A stretch of DNA of 64,000 bases from Pseudomonadota bacterium (GCA_043823065.1 JBDRBB010000009.1:76933-140932), one strand, 5' to 3'; positions 20,883 to 31,127 are shown, numbered from the stretch's first letter. Notes: a model not told the origin generated them from the sequence alone. A program made the numbers and translations.

Positions 20883-21959
20883 ATGAAATCAAAAGTAGTG
20901 ATCGGGTTTATAGCATTATTTGTTGTTTTAGCTTTAGTTATGCCCAGTTTAGGTTTTGCCAAAAAAAGTAAAGTCAAGGAAGCGGTTTACACAGGTCCAA
21001 TGGCCAGGCAATTTGACCAAACCATTGCTCTTAGTAATGGTGTTTCAGCCACCATCACTATTGTGGCTGATCAAAGTCAGGAAGAACTGGTTTTAGCCAC
21101 TATTAGCCGTTTGTTGGGCCAGGCCTCCCAGCTTGATGCAGAACTTAACAGCCCTGCTAACGGAGATATTGTAAGAATTAATAAATTAACCAATTCCCAA
21201 CAGGCCAAAATCAGTAATTACACCTTTGATTTAATTTCCAAAGCAAAAAATTTAGCAGCTCTGACCAATGGCTGGTTTGACATTGTTGCTACTACAGATA
21301 AGGGTTTTTTTGCTCCTAAAGATTATCGCAAATTAAAACTTGATCAGGAAGAACATACTTTTGCTTTTAAAAGTAAAAATATGCAGCTGGATATGCATAA
21401 TATTTGGCCCGCTTATTTAACAGATCTGTTGATGCAAGAAATTGTTAAAGCAGGATATGCTAATGCCAAAGTGGAGGTTGGTACTACCAGTAAAAATGTT
21501 GGTAAAGATATCTATACCCCCTGGACAGTGTCCATTGGTTTACAGGAGACAGGTGGAAAATCACAATATGCCCATCGAACCTATGCCTATTCTTTTACCA
21601 ATAAAGCAGTGGCTGAGCTTACCCCAACCAGTTTTGCTGCACCTTTAATTGATCCAAAATCCAAAAAAGAAGTTGAAGCAAATTTTAGAAATGTAACTGT
21701 ATTTGCCCAAGATGCCATGACTGCTCAAGCCTTGGCTATTGCGCTATATACTATTGGTCCAAAAGGAGCAGTGCCGTTTATTGAAAAACATCCAGAGATC
21801 AAGGTGATTTGCGTGAATAACAAGGGAGAGTTTGTAACTTCAAAAGGTTTGCAAATTAATCCTTATGATCATTCAGCTAATGATCTGGCCACTACCACGG
21901 CCCAGGATTTGGGTCCAACTGATCAGAAACTGCGTGAAAAAGAAGAATTAGAAAATTGA
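20883..21959 (+). CDS. ApbE/Ftp-like secreted protein, degenerate active site
   Basis: TNGWFDIV, LIDPKS and VTVFAQDAMTAQALAIAL resemble ApbE; DLGGIAKG and ATSG motifs absent. Confidence 0.7.
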   Translation: MKSKVVIGFIALFVVLALVMPSLGFAKKSKVKEAVYTGPMARQFDQTIALSNGVSATITIVADQSQEELVLATISRLLGQASQLDAELNSPANGDIVRINKLTNSQQAKISNYTFDLISKAKNLAALTNGWFDIVATTDKGFFAPKDYRKLKLDQEEHTFAFKSKNMQLDMHNIWPAYLTDLLMQEIVKAGYANAKVEVGTTSKNVGKDIYTPWTVSIGLQETGGKSQYAHRTYAYSFTNKAVAELTPTSFAAPLIDPKSKKEVEANFRNVTVFAQDAMTAQALAIALYTIGPKGAVPFIEKHPEIKVICVNNKGEFVTSKGLQINPYDHSANDLATTTAQDLGPTDQKLREKEELEN

Positions 21960-21972
21960 GCTTTTCCTATTT

Positions 21973-22875
21973 ATGAAAATTAATTTTTTAAGATTTTTAC
22001 CGGGTGTTTTTATCTTAGCGCTGTTAGGTCAGGTCAGTCAGGCCTCTGATATTAAGCAATATTCCAAGCAATTTCAGTTGGCGCCAAATATTAGTGGCGC
22101 CATGATCATTGTAGGTTATGTTGCAGATGAAAAAGATATTAACAAGTTGATGGACTCTGTTGTAGAAGAGGCCAAACACACCTATTTGCTTCTGGATGCA
22201 AATAGTTCCTTAAGTCAGGTGGGGCAGGTTAATGCTGCTGCTGGTAAGAAGGACGGCGTAAAAGTAAATTGGCAGGTTTTAGATGCTTTTAAATCAGCTC
22301 AAAGTATTTCCAAGTGGACGGGTGGTGTTTTTGATATTGTGGATGGAAAAAATTCTTATCGCAATATTGAAATTGATGCCAAAAATTCTACCATCCGGTT
22401 AATGCGCACTAATATGCAGGTGAACTTTCAAGAAGTAATGGATGGTTTACTGGCAGATTATATGATGCGCTTAATTCAAGCTTCTGGCATGAAAAATGCC
22501 TTGCTCAAGGTTGGCACGGTTTTTCGGGGTATAGGCAATTCTGTTAATGGTACTTGGAAAATTGAAATTCAGGAAAATTTCGCTTCTAGTGTTCAGCATG
22601 CCTTAAAATTAAGTGTGATTAATTCTGCTATTGCCGCAATTAGCGCTACAGATAATAAATACCGTACGGTAAAAGATTATCGTACTGGTAAAAGCTCTAA
22701 TCCAGGATGTAAAGGCGTGGTTTTGGTCATGAATACAGCAGTGTTTGCCCAAGGTGTGGCCCAAGCTGTTTATGTCATGGGACCGCAGGAAGGTTCTAAA
22801 TTTTTGGATGAATTTATCAAGGCTCGGGGTTTAATTGTAGATGCTAATGGTCAATTCATAAAAAAGGGAATGTAG
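21973..22875 (+). CDS. Second ApbE/Ftp-like secreted protein, degenerate
   Basis: SQVGQVN, TGGVFDIV, DYRTGK and AQAVYVMG; catalytic motifs divergent. Confidence 0.65.
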   Translation: MKINFLRFLPGVFILALLGQVSQASDIKQYSKQFQLAPNISGAMIIVGYVADEKDINKLMDSVVEEAKHTYLLLDANSSLSQVGQVNAAAGKKDGVKVNWQVLDAFKSAQSISKWTGGVFDIVDGKNSYRNIEIDAKNSTIRLMRTNMQVNFQEVMDGLLADYMMRLIQASGMKNALLKVGTVFRGIGNSVNGTWKIEIQENFASSVQHALKLSVINSAIAAISATDNKYRTVKDYRTGKSSNPGCKGVVLVMNTAVFAQGVAQAVYVMGPQEGSKFLDEFIKARGLIVDANGQFIKKGM

Positions 22876-23832
22876 ATGACTAAAAAACCTAGTATCGCCA
22901 TAGCTCTTGGTGGCAATGCCATTAGCAAACCAGGTATGCGGGGAGGAGATGATATACCTGAACAGTTTTATGCTACCAGAGAGAGCATGCAGCATGTAGC
23001 TGATTTAGCGGCCAATGGTTATGAAAAAATTTTAATTGTTCATGGCAATGGACCGCAAGTTGGCAGTGCTATTTTGCGCTCTGAATTGGCATCAGGTGCG
23101 GTATATCCCTTGCCTATGGATATTTGCGTAGCTGATACCCAAGGTGGCATGGGTTATATGATTCAGCAGGTGCTCATTAATTGTTTACGCGAGAGGCAGA
23201 TCAAAAAACCTGTGGTTTCGCTGGTAACTCAAGTATATGTTGATGCTCATGATCCTGCTTTTGATAATCCAGTTAAACCAATTGGCATGTTTTATACCAG
23301 AAAAAGAGCCAAAGAATTAATGGCTGCTAAAAGATGGTCGCTTAAGGAAGATGCTGGCCGAGGTTGGCGAAGAGTGGTTGCTTCACCCAATCCAATAGAT
23401 GTGGTAGAAAAAGAATCTATTAAACTGCTTTTTGATAATAAACATATTGTGATTGCTGCTGGCGGGGGTGGAGTACCAATTAGTCGTAATCGACATGACA
23501 AATTTTACGGTATTGAGGCTGTGGTAGATAAAGATCGTTCAAGTGCTTTATTGGCAAATGAGGTTGGGGTAGATATTTTGCTGATTATGACAAGCGTGGA
23601 ATTTGCCTATATTAATTACCAAACTCCAAAACAAAAGGCTTTAACCAATGTTAAGGCCGCGGAACTTAAGGCTTATTTAGAAGCTGGAGAGTTTGCCATA
23701 GGTAGTATGAGGCCTAAAATTGAGGCTTGCCTCAATTTTTTGGAACAAGGGGGAAAACAAGCCATTATAACTTCTATTCCTAAGTGTCTGGCTGCTTTAA
23801 GGGGGAAAACAGGCACTCATGTCAGGCCCTAG
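22876..23832 (+). CDS. arcC: Carbamate kinase
   Basis: IALGGNAI, HGNGPQVG, RRVVASP, EAVVDKD and GSMRPK motifs. Confidence 0.93.
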   Translation: MTKKPSIAIALGGNAISKPGMRGGDDIPEQFYATRESMQHVADLAANGYEKILIVHGNGPQVGSAILRSELASGAVYPLPMDICVADTQGGMGYMIQQVLINCLRERQIKKPVVSLVTQVYVDAHDPAFDNPVKPIGMFYTRKRAKELMAAKRWSLKEDAGRGWRRVVASPNPIDVVEKESIKLLFDNKHIVIAAGGGGVPISRNRHDKFYGIEAVVDKDRSSALLANEVGVDILLIMTSVEFAYINYQTPKQKALTNVKAAELKAYLEAGEFAIGSMRPKIEACLNFLEQGGKQAIITSIPKCLAALRGKTGTHVRP

Positions 23833-23909
23833 TTTTTTTATTTGACATTTACTCTGATTTTCGGATTTACACTCCATGAGTCTGAACCATGTTCATGGAG
23901 GTTTTTGTT

Positions 23910-24065
23910 ATGAATAATATGAACGACTTTGATTTTGAAAATCCTGAGACCTGTCCAAATTGCGGCCAATTTGTGGGCGAAGAAAACAGCTGTCCTCATT
24001 GCGGAGCTATTTTGTTTAATGAAGACGAGATGGACAATTTTGACGACGATAGCGAAGAGTTCTAA
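23910..24065 (+). CDS. 51-aa acidic zinc-ribbon (double CPxCG) protein, absent from the ORF track
   Basis: GGAGG RBS; MNNMNDFDFENPETCPNCGQFVGEENSCPHCGAILFNEDEMDNFDDDSEEF*. Confidence 0.75.
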   Translation: MNNMNDFDFENPETCPNCGQFVGEENSCPHCGAILFNEDEMDNFDDDSEEF

Positions 24066-24073
24066 AGCATGAA

Positions 24074-24158
24074 GCGAGGGTGGCGGAATTGGCAGACGCG
24101 CAAGATTCAGGATCTTGTGGCCGTGAAGGCTATAGGGGTTCAAATCCCCTCTCTCGCA
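24074..24158 (+). tRNA. tRNA-Leu (anticodon CAG)
   Basis: GCGAGGG/CTCTCGC acceptor stem, GGAATTGGCAGAC D-loop, CAAGA-TTCAGGA-TCTTG anticodon arm, long variable arm, GGTTCAAATCC; CCA not encoded. Confidence 0.95.
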
Positions 24159-24160
24159 CA

Positions 24161-26749
24161 ATGATGTTTCTTTCTATTCTTTCAACTTGTTTTCGCCTAA
24201 TCAAAATAATTTTAACAATTATTAGTGGTTTGATTTTGTTGATCACTACAGCTTTTGTGGCGGTTTATTTTTATTATGCCAAAGAGCTGCCAGATATTAA
24301 ATCAGCTGAAGATTATCAACCTCCTGTTCTAAGCCAGGTTAAAGCTGGTGATGGCCAAGTAATTGGCGAGTTTTGGACCGAATGCCGCATTTTTTTACAG
24401 TTTGAAAAAATACCTCCACTTTTAAGGCAGGCGTTTGTTGCAGCTGAAGATCAAAGATTTTTTGAACATCGCGGCGTTGATATTCGTTCTATTGTCAGGG
24501 CATTTAAGGCTAATTTAAAAGCTGGCGAAGTCACTCAAGGCGGCAGCACCATTACCCAACAAATTACCAGATCAATTCTTTTGTCTAGCGAACGCACTAT
24601 TGATCGTAAAATAAAGGAAGCAATTCTAGCTACGCGTTTGGAGAGGCGCTTGGATAAAGAGCAAATTTTGACCCTTTATCTGAATCAAATTTATTTAGGT
24701 AATCGCGCTTATGGTGTAGGGGCGGCAGCTAGAAATTATTTTCATAAAAATGTTGATGAATTAAATTTAGCAGAAATTGCTTTATTGGCAGCCCTGCCAT
24801 CTGCGCCAAATTTATTTTCACCACTAAATAATCCAGATAAAGCCAGAGAGCGGCAAAGTCATGTTCTAAATCGGATGCTTACGGAAAAAATAATTACATC
24901 TGCTCAAATGCAACAAGCCTTAGAACAAAAACTCAATATTTATGTTGCTGGCATTGATAAAGATTTCACTGTTCCAGAAGCTGCCTATTTTGTGGAAGAA
25001 GTTAGGCGTTTGGTTAAAGAAAATTATGGAGATAAAGCATTATATAAAGGCGGTTTGAAAATTTATACTGGTTTAAATCTGGACATGCAGAAAGCAGCTT
25101 ATCAAGCGGTGCATCAGGGATTAGAAAAGATTGCTAAGCGACAGGGGTGGACAGGACCTGTTGACTATGTAGAACCTAAAGATATTGAAAAAAAAGCAGC
25201 AGAAATTGCCAGCCAAATTTCTAAGCAGCAACCTGGAGATTATATTGTTTGGCCAGCTGACATTAGTAATCAAGAAATAACAAAATTGGTTTTAGATGAG
25301 ACAAAACCATATCAAGCTATTGTGGTAGGATTTATTGGTGACGACACTCAGGTCTTGGTAGGAAATGTGGCAGGTATTATTCCAAAAGAGAATTTAAAAT
25401 GGGCGCGTGAGTTTTCCAATAAAAGAGCAAATTATGATGATGCCAGCTTTATCTCTGATCCCCGGCGCATTTTAAGGGTAGGTGATATTGTTTGGGTAAA
25501 GTATATTGCAGGCGCAGAATTTGCCTTGTTTCAGCCGCCAGAAGTTCAAGCAGCTATTTTTGCCATAGATCCATATTCAGGTGAAGTTAAAGCCATGATA
25601 GGTGGCTATGATTTTAAGCAAAGCGAATTCAATCGTTCTATCCAATCTTTGCGTCAACCAGGCTCTGCTTTCAAACCTTTTGTTTATGCTGCAGCTTTAG
25701 ACAAAGGATATAATTATGAAACTCAGATTTTAGATATGCCAGTGGAATATATTTTAGGAAACGGCCAAATTTGGCGCCCTAAAAATTATGGAGACTATAA
25801 AGGCCCAACCAGTTTTCGCAATGCCCTGGTTTTTTCCAGAAACATTCCAACTGTAAAAATAGTGGCAGATATTGGCACTGATTATTTAACTGCTTATGCC
25901 AGAAAACTTGGTCTTACCTCACCTTTGGATAAATATCTTTCCATGGCTTTAGGCGCTAATGGTGTATCTTTAAGCGAGATGGTGCCAGCTTATGCAACTT
26001 TCTTAAATAATGGAAAATATAGGGAGCCAATTTATATTCGCAAGATCATTGATGCCAAAGGGCAGGTTTTACAGGCAGTTAAACCTAGTAAATATCAAGA
26101 ACTAATAACACCAAAAGCTGAGGCTGTGAAAATGAGCGCAGCTGCTGATAATGTTAAGTTAAATTCCAAATTATTTGAACAAAATAAAGTTTGGTTGGAA
26201 AAAGATAAATTAAATCTTACAGAAAATGAGCTGAAAATTTTGTATGGAGATGAAATCCCAGAAGGACATGTTATCACACCTCAAACCGCCTATCTGATGG
26301 TTAATCTCTTAAAAGGTGTAGTTGAGGGTGGGACAGGCACCAGGGTTAGAGAACTAAAACGACCTGCTGCTGGTAAAACCGGTACTACTAATGATGAAAC
26401 AGACACTTGGTTTATTGGTTTTGTTCCAGATCTGGTGGCTGGGGTTTGGGTTGGTTTTGATGAGATTAAACCAATTGGACGCAAGGAAACAGGAGGGCGC
26501 ACTGCAGCCCCAATCTTTGTGGATTTTATGCAGGAAGCAGTTCAGGGTTTTGAAGCCAAAAATTTTGAGCGACCTGCCCATTTTCCTGGTGGAGATATGG
26601 CAACTTTAATTGGCGGGTCAGCAGTTTTTGGCCCGCGTGATTATTTTGAAGATTTTTCAGTTGAGGAAAATGCAGATCGAGCAGGTGTCTTCTTTGAAGA
26701 AGACCTAGAAGAATACTCAACTGACCAGCCTGGTAACCCCTTAGAATAA
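24161..26749 (+). CDS. mrcA: Penicillin-binding protein 1A (start just after the tRNA)
   Basis: AEDQRFFEH, QGGSTITQQ and RKIKE transglycosylase motifs; PGSAFK, SRN and GKTGT transpeptidase motifs. Confidence 0.93.
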   Translation: MMFLSILSTCFRLIKIILTIISGLILLITTAFVAVYFYYAKELPDIKSAEDYQPPVLSQVKAGDGQVIGEFWTECRIFLQFEKIPPLLRQAFVAAEDQRFFEHRGVDIRSIVRAFKANLKAGEVTQGGSTITQQITRSILLSSERTIDRKIKEAILATRLERRLDKEQILTLYLNQIYLGNRAYGVGAAARNYFHKNVDELNLAEIALLAALPSAPNLFSPLNNPDKARERQSHVLNRMLTEKIITSAQMQQALEQKLNIYVAGIDKDFTVPEAAYFVEEVRRLVKENYGDKALYKGGLKIYTGLNLDMQKAAYQAVHQGLEKIAKRQGWTGPVDYVEPKDIEKKAAEIASQISKQQPGDYIVWPADISNQEITKLVLDETKPYQAIVVGFIGDDTQVLVGNVAGIIPKENLKWAREFSNKRANYDDASFISDPRRILRVGDIVWVKYIAGAEFALFQPPEVQAAIFAIDPYSGEVKAMIGGYDFKQSEFNRSIQSLRQPGSAFKPFVYAAALDKGYNYETQILDMPVEYILGNGQIWRPKNYGDYKGPTSFRNALVFSRNIPTVKIVADIGTDYLTAYARKLGLTSPLDKYLSMALGANGVSLSEMVPAYATFLNNGKYREPIYIRKIIDAKGQVLQAVKPSKYQELITPKAEAVKMSAAADNVKLNSKLFEQNKVWLEKDKLNLTENELKILYGDEIPEGHVITPQTAYLMVNLLKGVVEGGTGTRVRELKRPAAGKTGTTNDETDTWFIGFVPDLVAGVWVGFDEIKPIGRKETGGRTAAPIFVDFMQEAVQGFEAKNFERPAHFPGGDMATLIGGSAVFGPRDYFEDFSVEENADRAGVFFEEDLEEYSTDQPGNPLE

Positions 26750-26827
26750 CAAGCATTTTAAACTCGCCATTCTTTTTTGTCGCATAATTTGGTATAATTT
26801 AAACAAAGACCTGAAAGGGGGATAAGT

Positions 26828-27013
26828 ATGCACAAAAAAAATAGTATGGTCAGTACGTTAGGCCGGCAACAATCCCAAATTGGGTGGCGCCCAGTTTCTA
26901 GGCAACGTAAAATCGATACATTAGGAGAATTAACCCAGCTTCATATGAGTATCGGCAAAGGCCATCACTTTGCCAGATCTTTTAAGGGGCATGATAAACA
27001 TTGGCGAGGATAA
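26828..27013 (+). CDS. Small basic hypothetical protein
   Basis: 61-aa ORF with a G-rich RBS, filling the intergenic gap. Confidence 0.4.
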   Translation: MHKKNSMVSTLGRQQSQIGWRPVSRQRKIDTLGELTQLHMSIGKGHHFARSFKGHDKHWRG

Positions 27014-27014
27014 A

Positions 27015-27311
27015 TTAATCAATATAACCAAGGGATTTTAGTTTTTCTTTAATTATCTTCAAATCTTCCGGCCTTAGTTTTTCTTTAACCGGCAATTCGC
27101 ACAAAGGATGTTGAATTCTACCCCATTTGCAATGTTCCCAAATACGTTCATGAAAATAGTATAAAATTATACGGATAGTATGAAAGATTAAGGTAATTGC
27201 GGTCATTTCTTTCCAAGACCCGGTTATCCAATAGGTAATAGCGCCCAAGATAATTATGCCGATTATTCTCCAGGTAACAGATTTTACCCACGAGCGTATT
27301 TTGGTGTCCAT
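27015..27311 (-). CDS. DUF2061-like small membrane protein
   Basis: RSWVKSVTWRI...YYFHERIW; AAGGAG RBS before ATG 27311. Confidence 0.75.
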   Translation of the reverse strand: MDTKIRSWVKSVTWRIIGIIILGAITYWITGSWKEMTAITLIFHTIRIILYYFHERIWEHCKWGRIQHPLCELPVKEKLRPEDLKIIKEKLKSLGYID

Positions 27312-27336
27312 GCTATTTTTCTCCTTTAGGCAAATA

Positions 27337-27366
27337 AAAAACCCTCCGTTTAGGCGGAGGGTTTTC
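27337..27366. terminator. Rho-independent terminator
   Basis: aaaaaccctccg-tttagg-cggagggtttt. Confidence 0.75.
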
Positions 27367-27385
27367 TTATAGCACATTCTATAGC

Positions 27386-28204
27386 TTACTGGCAACCAGT
27401 GCAATCAGAAGCAATGGTGCAGGTTTGCGAACCAGCTTCTGTGGTAACTGAAACAGAACCGCTGCAAGTAACTGTAATTGAAGACTCATCCATGCCATCA
27501 CCAGATACATTTGTGGTGACACTCATTTGGGTGACAGTGCCATTGGCATCGCCAGTGACAAGCAAATTTTCACCAGCAATAGTTGCCACTAAATTGCTAA
27601 CCAAAGAGGTTAGTTCTTCTTGGGCGTTCATGGTTGCTTGGAAGTTGCCAGAGAAAGTCAAGGTCATAGTACCATTCAGAGTTTCATTATAGGTGATACC
27701 GTCAATAACCACGGAATCAGTAGCATTAGCAATTGCAGTGGTAATTATGCCAGAGGCAGTAAGTGTGGCTTGAGTGGCGCTGGTTTCAGTATAGGTAAAA
27801 GTTAGAGTGCCATTTAATGTTGCAGTTCCAGTGCCAATATTTACAACTTCATTGGTAAAGGTAACTGTAATTTGGTTTTCTCCCACAGCTACATTGACAG
27901 TTTTATCAAGACCACTTCCTGAAAGATCATAGATAATTTCATCTGCACATTCACCAACAATATAATCTAATAAAGACTGTTTAACTTTGGCTACTGCTTG
28001 ATTATTAATACTTTGAGCGCCAACCGCTGTAGCGCCGTCTATGGCTGAGGCTGTGGCCACGCCTGTTGCTGCTGAAGAAACAGCGGCTGTGTCGCCACTT
28101 ACACTACCTGAGCTGCCGCCACTACTGCCTGAGCCGCTGCCGCCGCACGCTGCTGTAGCAATTAAACTCAGCACAGCTAATACACTAAAAAATCTTTTTC
28201 CCAT
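27386..28204 (-). CDS. Hypothetical Thr/Gly-rich beta-strand lipoprotein
   Basis: Lipobox TAAC, Gly/Ser linker, C-terminal Cys residues; AGGAGG RBS. Confidence 0.75.
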   Translation of the reverse strand: MGKRFFSVLAVLSLIATAACGGSGSGSSGGSSGSVSGDTAAVSSAATGVATASAIDGATAVGAQSINNQAVAKVKQSLLDYIVGECADEIIYDLSGSGLDKTVNVAVGENQITVTFTNEVVNIGTGTATLNGTLTFTYTETSATQATLTASGIITTAIANATDSVVIDGITYNETLNGTMTLTFSGNFQATMNAQEELTSLVSNLVATIAGENLLVTGDANGTVTQMSVTTNVSGDGMDESSITVTCSGSVSVTTEAGSQTCTIASDCTGCQ

Positions 28205-28240
28205 ATTTCCCTCCTTTTAGGTTATCTTTTTTGTTAAATT

Positions 28241-28861
28241 TTAATCAACTTTAATGATTACATCTTCGATTACATCACCTTGGGTGATTTTTTCCACAAC
28301 ATCCATACCTTGTATGGTTTGTCCAAAAACAGTATAAGCGCCGTCTAGAAAAGGAGTTGGTTTAAGCGTAATATAAAACTGAGAACCACTGGATCTGCGT
28401 TCTGGGTTGACTTCGTCACCTGTTCTGGCCCAGGCCAAAGCGCCTTGTTTATGAGTCATCTTGATTTCCGCGGGAATGGTGTAGCCTGGTCCGCCAGCTC
28501 CGGTTCCAGTTGGATCTCCACCTTGAACCACAAAATCAGGTACTACTCTGTGAAATGTTAACCCCTTATAATAATTACCATCAGCGAGCTGCTTAAAATT
28601 AGTAACTGAAAGAGGTGCTTCCTTGGCAAATAATTCACAAACAATTTCACCTTTGGAGGTTTTAATCACTGCTGTATATTTTTTGCCATCATCTATGGCA
28701 GCTTGTTTGGGTTCTGCAAATTTTGTTGTTGCCTCTCCAGTCATAGTGCTCTCCTTTTCTGGTTCTTTGGTTTGCTCTGGTTCTTCAGGTTTAGCTTTGG
28801 TTTTACAAGCTAGGCCCATGGCCAATATACATACTAGCGATACTACTAACAGTTTCCTCAT
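28241..28861 (-). CDS. Cyclophilin-type peptidyl-prolyl isomerase, lipoprotein
   Basis: FHRVVPDFVVQGGDP, GSQFYI and YTVFGQ motifs; lipobox GLAC. Confidence 0.92.
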   Translation of the reverse strand: MRKLLVVSLVCILAMGLACKTKAKPEEPEQTKEPEKESTMTGEATTKFAEPKQAAIDDGKKYTAVIKTSKGEIVCELFAKEAPLSVTNFKQLADGNYYKGLTFHRVVPDFVVQGGDPTGTGAGGPGYTIPAEIKMTHKQGALAWARTGDEVNPERRSSGSQFYITLKPTPFLDGAYTVFGQTIQGMDVVEKITQGDVIEDVIIKVD

Positions 28862-28875
28862 AATCTCTCCTTTTT

Positions 28876-28984
28876 AATAACCAATAACCAAGAAACAAGA
28901 TACAAACAAATTCCAATAATCAAATTCCAAATAATTGGAATTTCAAAAATTGTGATTTGTTTGGTCATTGTATCTTGTATCTTG
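28876..28984. repeat. Heptamer-based inverted element family B (CAAGATA / CAATAAC / AAATTCC units)
   Basis: Right arm is a near reverse complement of 31040-31127; left arm resembles 45199-45258. Confidence 0.75.
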
Positions 28985-28989
28985 ATATA

Positions 28990-29934
28990 TTAATCCGTAC
29001 TAACCATGGCTTCTAATGTTACTTCTACTGAATCCCTTAATGCTTTCAAATCATAACCGCCTTCCAAAAAAAAGACTGCTTTTCCAGAACAAGTTGTCTG
29101 GGCTAGCTGCATAATAGTCTCGGCCATCCAGGCAAACCCTTTGGTGGTTGCTTTCATGCCACCCAAAGGATCGCGCACATGGGCATCAAATCCAGCTGAA
29201 ACCAAAATTAATTGTGGTTTGAACTCTTCTATAGCAGGAATGAGGTGCTTATCAAATACTTTTTTGTAAACATCGTCAGTAGCGCCAGATTCTAAAGGTA
29301 TGTTTAAATTAAAACCCTTGCCAGATCCTTTGCCTGTTTCTTCAGCAGTGCCAGTGCCTGGATAAAAATGAGCGCGATGCACAGAAAAGTAAAAAACATT
29401 TGGATTTTCATAAAAAGCATCTTGCGTGCCATTGCCATGATGGGTGTCATAATCAATGATAAAAATGCGTTCGATGTTTAATTTTTTTAAGGCATATTGG
29501 GCGGCAATAGCAATATTATTAAAGATGCAAAAACCCATGGCCTGGTTCTGTTCAGCATGATGTCCTGGCGGTCTAACCAAGGCAAAAGCATTGTTTAATC
29601 TTCCAGCAACCACTTGTTCGGCAAGGATTATTCCAGCTCCAGCAGCCAAGCAAGCAGCTGTCCAGGTAAAAGCATTAGCGCTGGTATCAGGATCTAAAAT
29701 AGTATTTTCTTGGTCTTTGGTTGATTCAATATAGGAAATATACTTTTTAGCATGCACGAAAGCCATTTCTTCAATAGACGCAGGCCGTGGTTTTACAGAC
29801 AAAACCTTTTTTCCAACTCCATCACCATCTAAAACCTGTTTGATAGACAAAAGTCTACTTGGCGATTCAGGATGGCCCAGACCCATGCTGTGGCGAGTAA
29901 ATAATTCATCCCAGATAATTCCGGTTTTATTCAT
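28990..29934 (-). CDS. Histone-deacetylase-family amidohydrolase (AcuC/AphA-like)
   Basis: HPESPSRL, RPPGHHA, DYDTHHGNGTQ, SAGFDAH and LEGGY motifs. Confidence 0.93.
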   Translation of the reverse strand: MNKTGIIWDELFTRHSMGLGHPESPSRLLSIKQVLDGDGVGKKVLSVKPRPASIEEMAFVHAKKYISYIESTKDQENTILDPDTSANAFTWTAACLAAGAGIILAEQVVAGRLNNAFALVRPPGHHAEQNQAMGFCIFNNIAIAAQYALKKLNIERIFIIDYDTHHGNGTQDAFYENPNVFYFSVHRAHFYPGTGTAEETGKGSGKGFNLNIPLESGATDDVYKKVFDKHLIPAIEEFKPQLILVSAGFDAHVRDPLGGMKATTKGFAWMAETIMQLAQTTCSGKAVFFLEGGYDLKALRDSVEVTLEAMVSTD

Positions 29935-30004
29935 TAAATTCTTACTTACTTATAAATAACAAATATTGCAAATGAGATTATAAATAGTTATAAATTATAT
30001 CTTC

Positions 30005-31042
30005 ATGAATATTTATATTATTAGTAAAAAAGACTTTCCCCTATTTGTAGAAAAATTAATTACTACTGGCGATGTGGTTGGGGTTACTCAAAAAGAAAAT
30101 AAATATGTTTTTGCTCCACTTAAAAACTCCCAGGATTTGGTTTTAGATTATGATGTTACTCTGCTTTCTCCTAAAAAATATTTATACCCCCAATATGAAA
30201 ATTTAATTAGTTTTAAGTTAAAACCAGAAATTGAGGTTGAAGAAACAAGCACAGCCAATTCATTAACCATCATTGGCGTGCATCCTTATGATTTAAGAGC
30301 AATAAATCAATTAGATAGGCTTCTCTTAAGCGGTGATCACCCAGATACTAATTATTTAAAGCGACAATTGACAACTACCATTATTGGAGTCACGCCCAAA
30401 CAGGCATCTAAATGGGCTTTTTGGTCCTATATTATAGATGCTTATCAAGTGCACACAGGTTTTGATCTTATGCTCACTGATATTGGCAAAAAATATGTAG
30501 TAGAAGTTGGCAGCGATGAGGGTGAAATATTAATTCAAAAATACACAACAGCTCAAAAGGCTGAAACTAAAGACATTAAGAAAATGCAGAAAGCCAAACA
30601 GAAATTGGCCAAGATGTGTTCTAAAAAAAGGAGTTTGAAAACCAGTGGTCAGCGCATTCCGGATTTATTGAAAAATAAAGAGGATTCTAAGGTTTGGGAA
30701 GAACAAGCGGAAAAATGTTATAGTTGCGGTTCATGCAATATCATTTGTCCGACTTGTTTTTGTTTTGATGTGCATGAAGAAATAGATTTGGCGGGAAATC
30801 AAGGCAGAAGATATCGCACCTGGGATGGTTGTTTGCTTCATGATTTTACCAAAATTGGTAGTGGTGAAGTTTTTCGAAAACAGAGAAAAGAGAGATTTAA
30901 GCATCGTTTTTACCGAAAATATCTGTATTTAGAAAAAGAATTAAATGAGCTGGCATGTGTTGGTTGTGGCAGATGCGCCTCGGTTTGTTTGCCAGATATT
31001 GCCGATCCAGTGCAGGTGCTAAATAAACTAGCTAAAGAATAA
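30005..31042 (+). CDS. Group 3b [NiFe] hydrogenase (sulfhydrogenase) beta subunit, AsrA-like Fe-S protein
   Basis: CYSCGSCNIICPTCFCF, WDGC and CVGCGRCASVC motifs. Confidence 0.88.
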   Translation: MNIYIISKKDFPLFVEKLITTGDVVGVTQKENKYVFAPLKNSQDLVLDYDVTLLSPKKYLYPQYENLISFKLKPEIEVEETSTANSLTIIGVHPYDLRAINQLDRLLLSGDHPDTNYLKRQLTTTIIGVTPKQASKWAFWSYIIDAYQVHTGFDLMLTDIGKKYVVEVGSDEGEILIQKYTTAQKAETKDIKKMQKAKQKLAKMCSKKRSLKTSGQRIPDLLKNKEDSKVWEEQAEKCYSCGSCNIICPTCFCFDVHEEIDLAGNQGRRYRTWDGCLLHDFTKIGSGEVFRKQRKERFKHRFYRKYLYLEKELNELACVGCGRCASVCLPDIADPVQVLNKLAKE

Positions 31043-31127
31043 CCAAGATACAAGATACAATGACCAAACAAATTACAATTTTTCAAATTCAAAATTCCAA
31101 TTATTTGAAGTTTGGTTATTGGTCATT
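31040..31127. repeat. Family B element between hydrogenase beta and gamma genes
   Basis: taaccaagatacaagatacaatgaccaaacaaattacaa...ttggttattggtcatt. Confidence 0.75.

Noticed and set aside
24080..24160. N-terminal extension of PBP1A and the antisense ORF 23838-24161
   Set aside because: Both run through the tRNA-Leu gene
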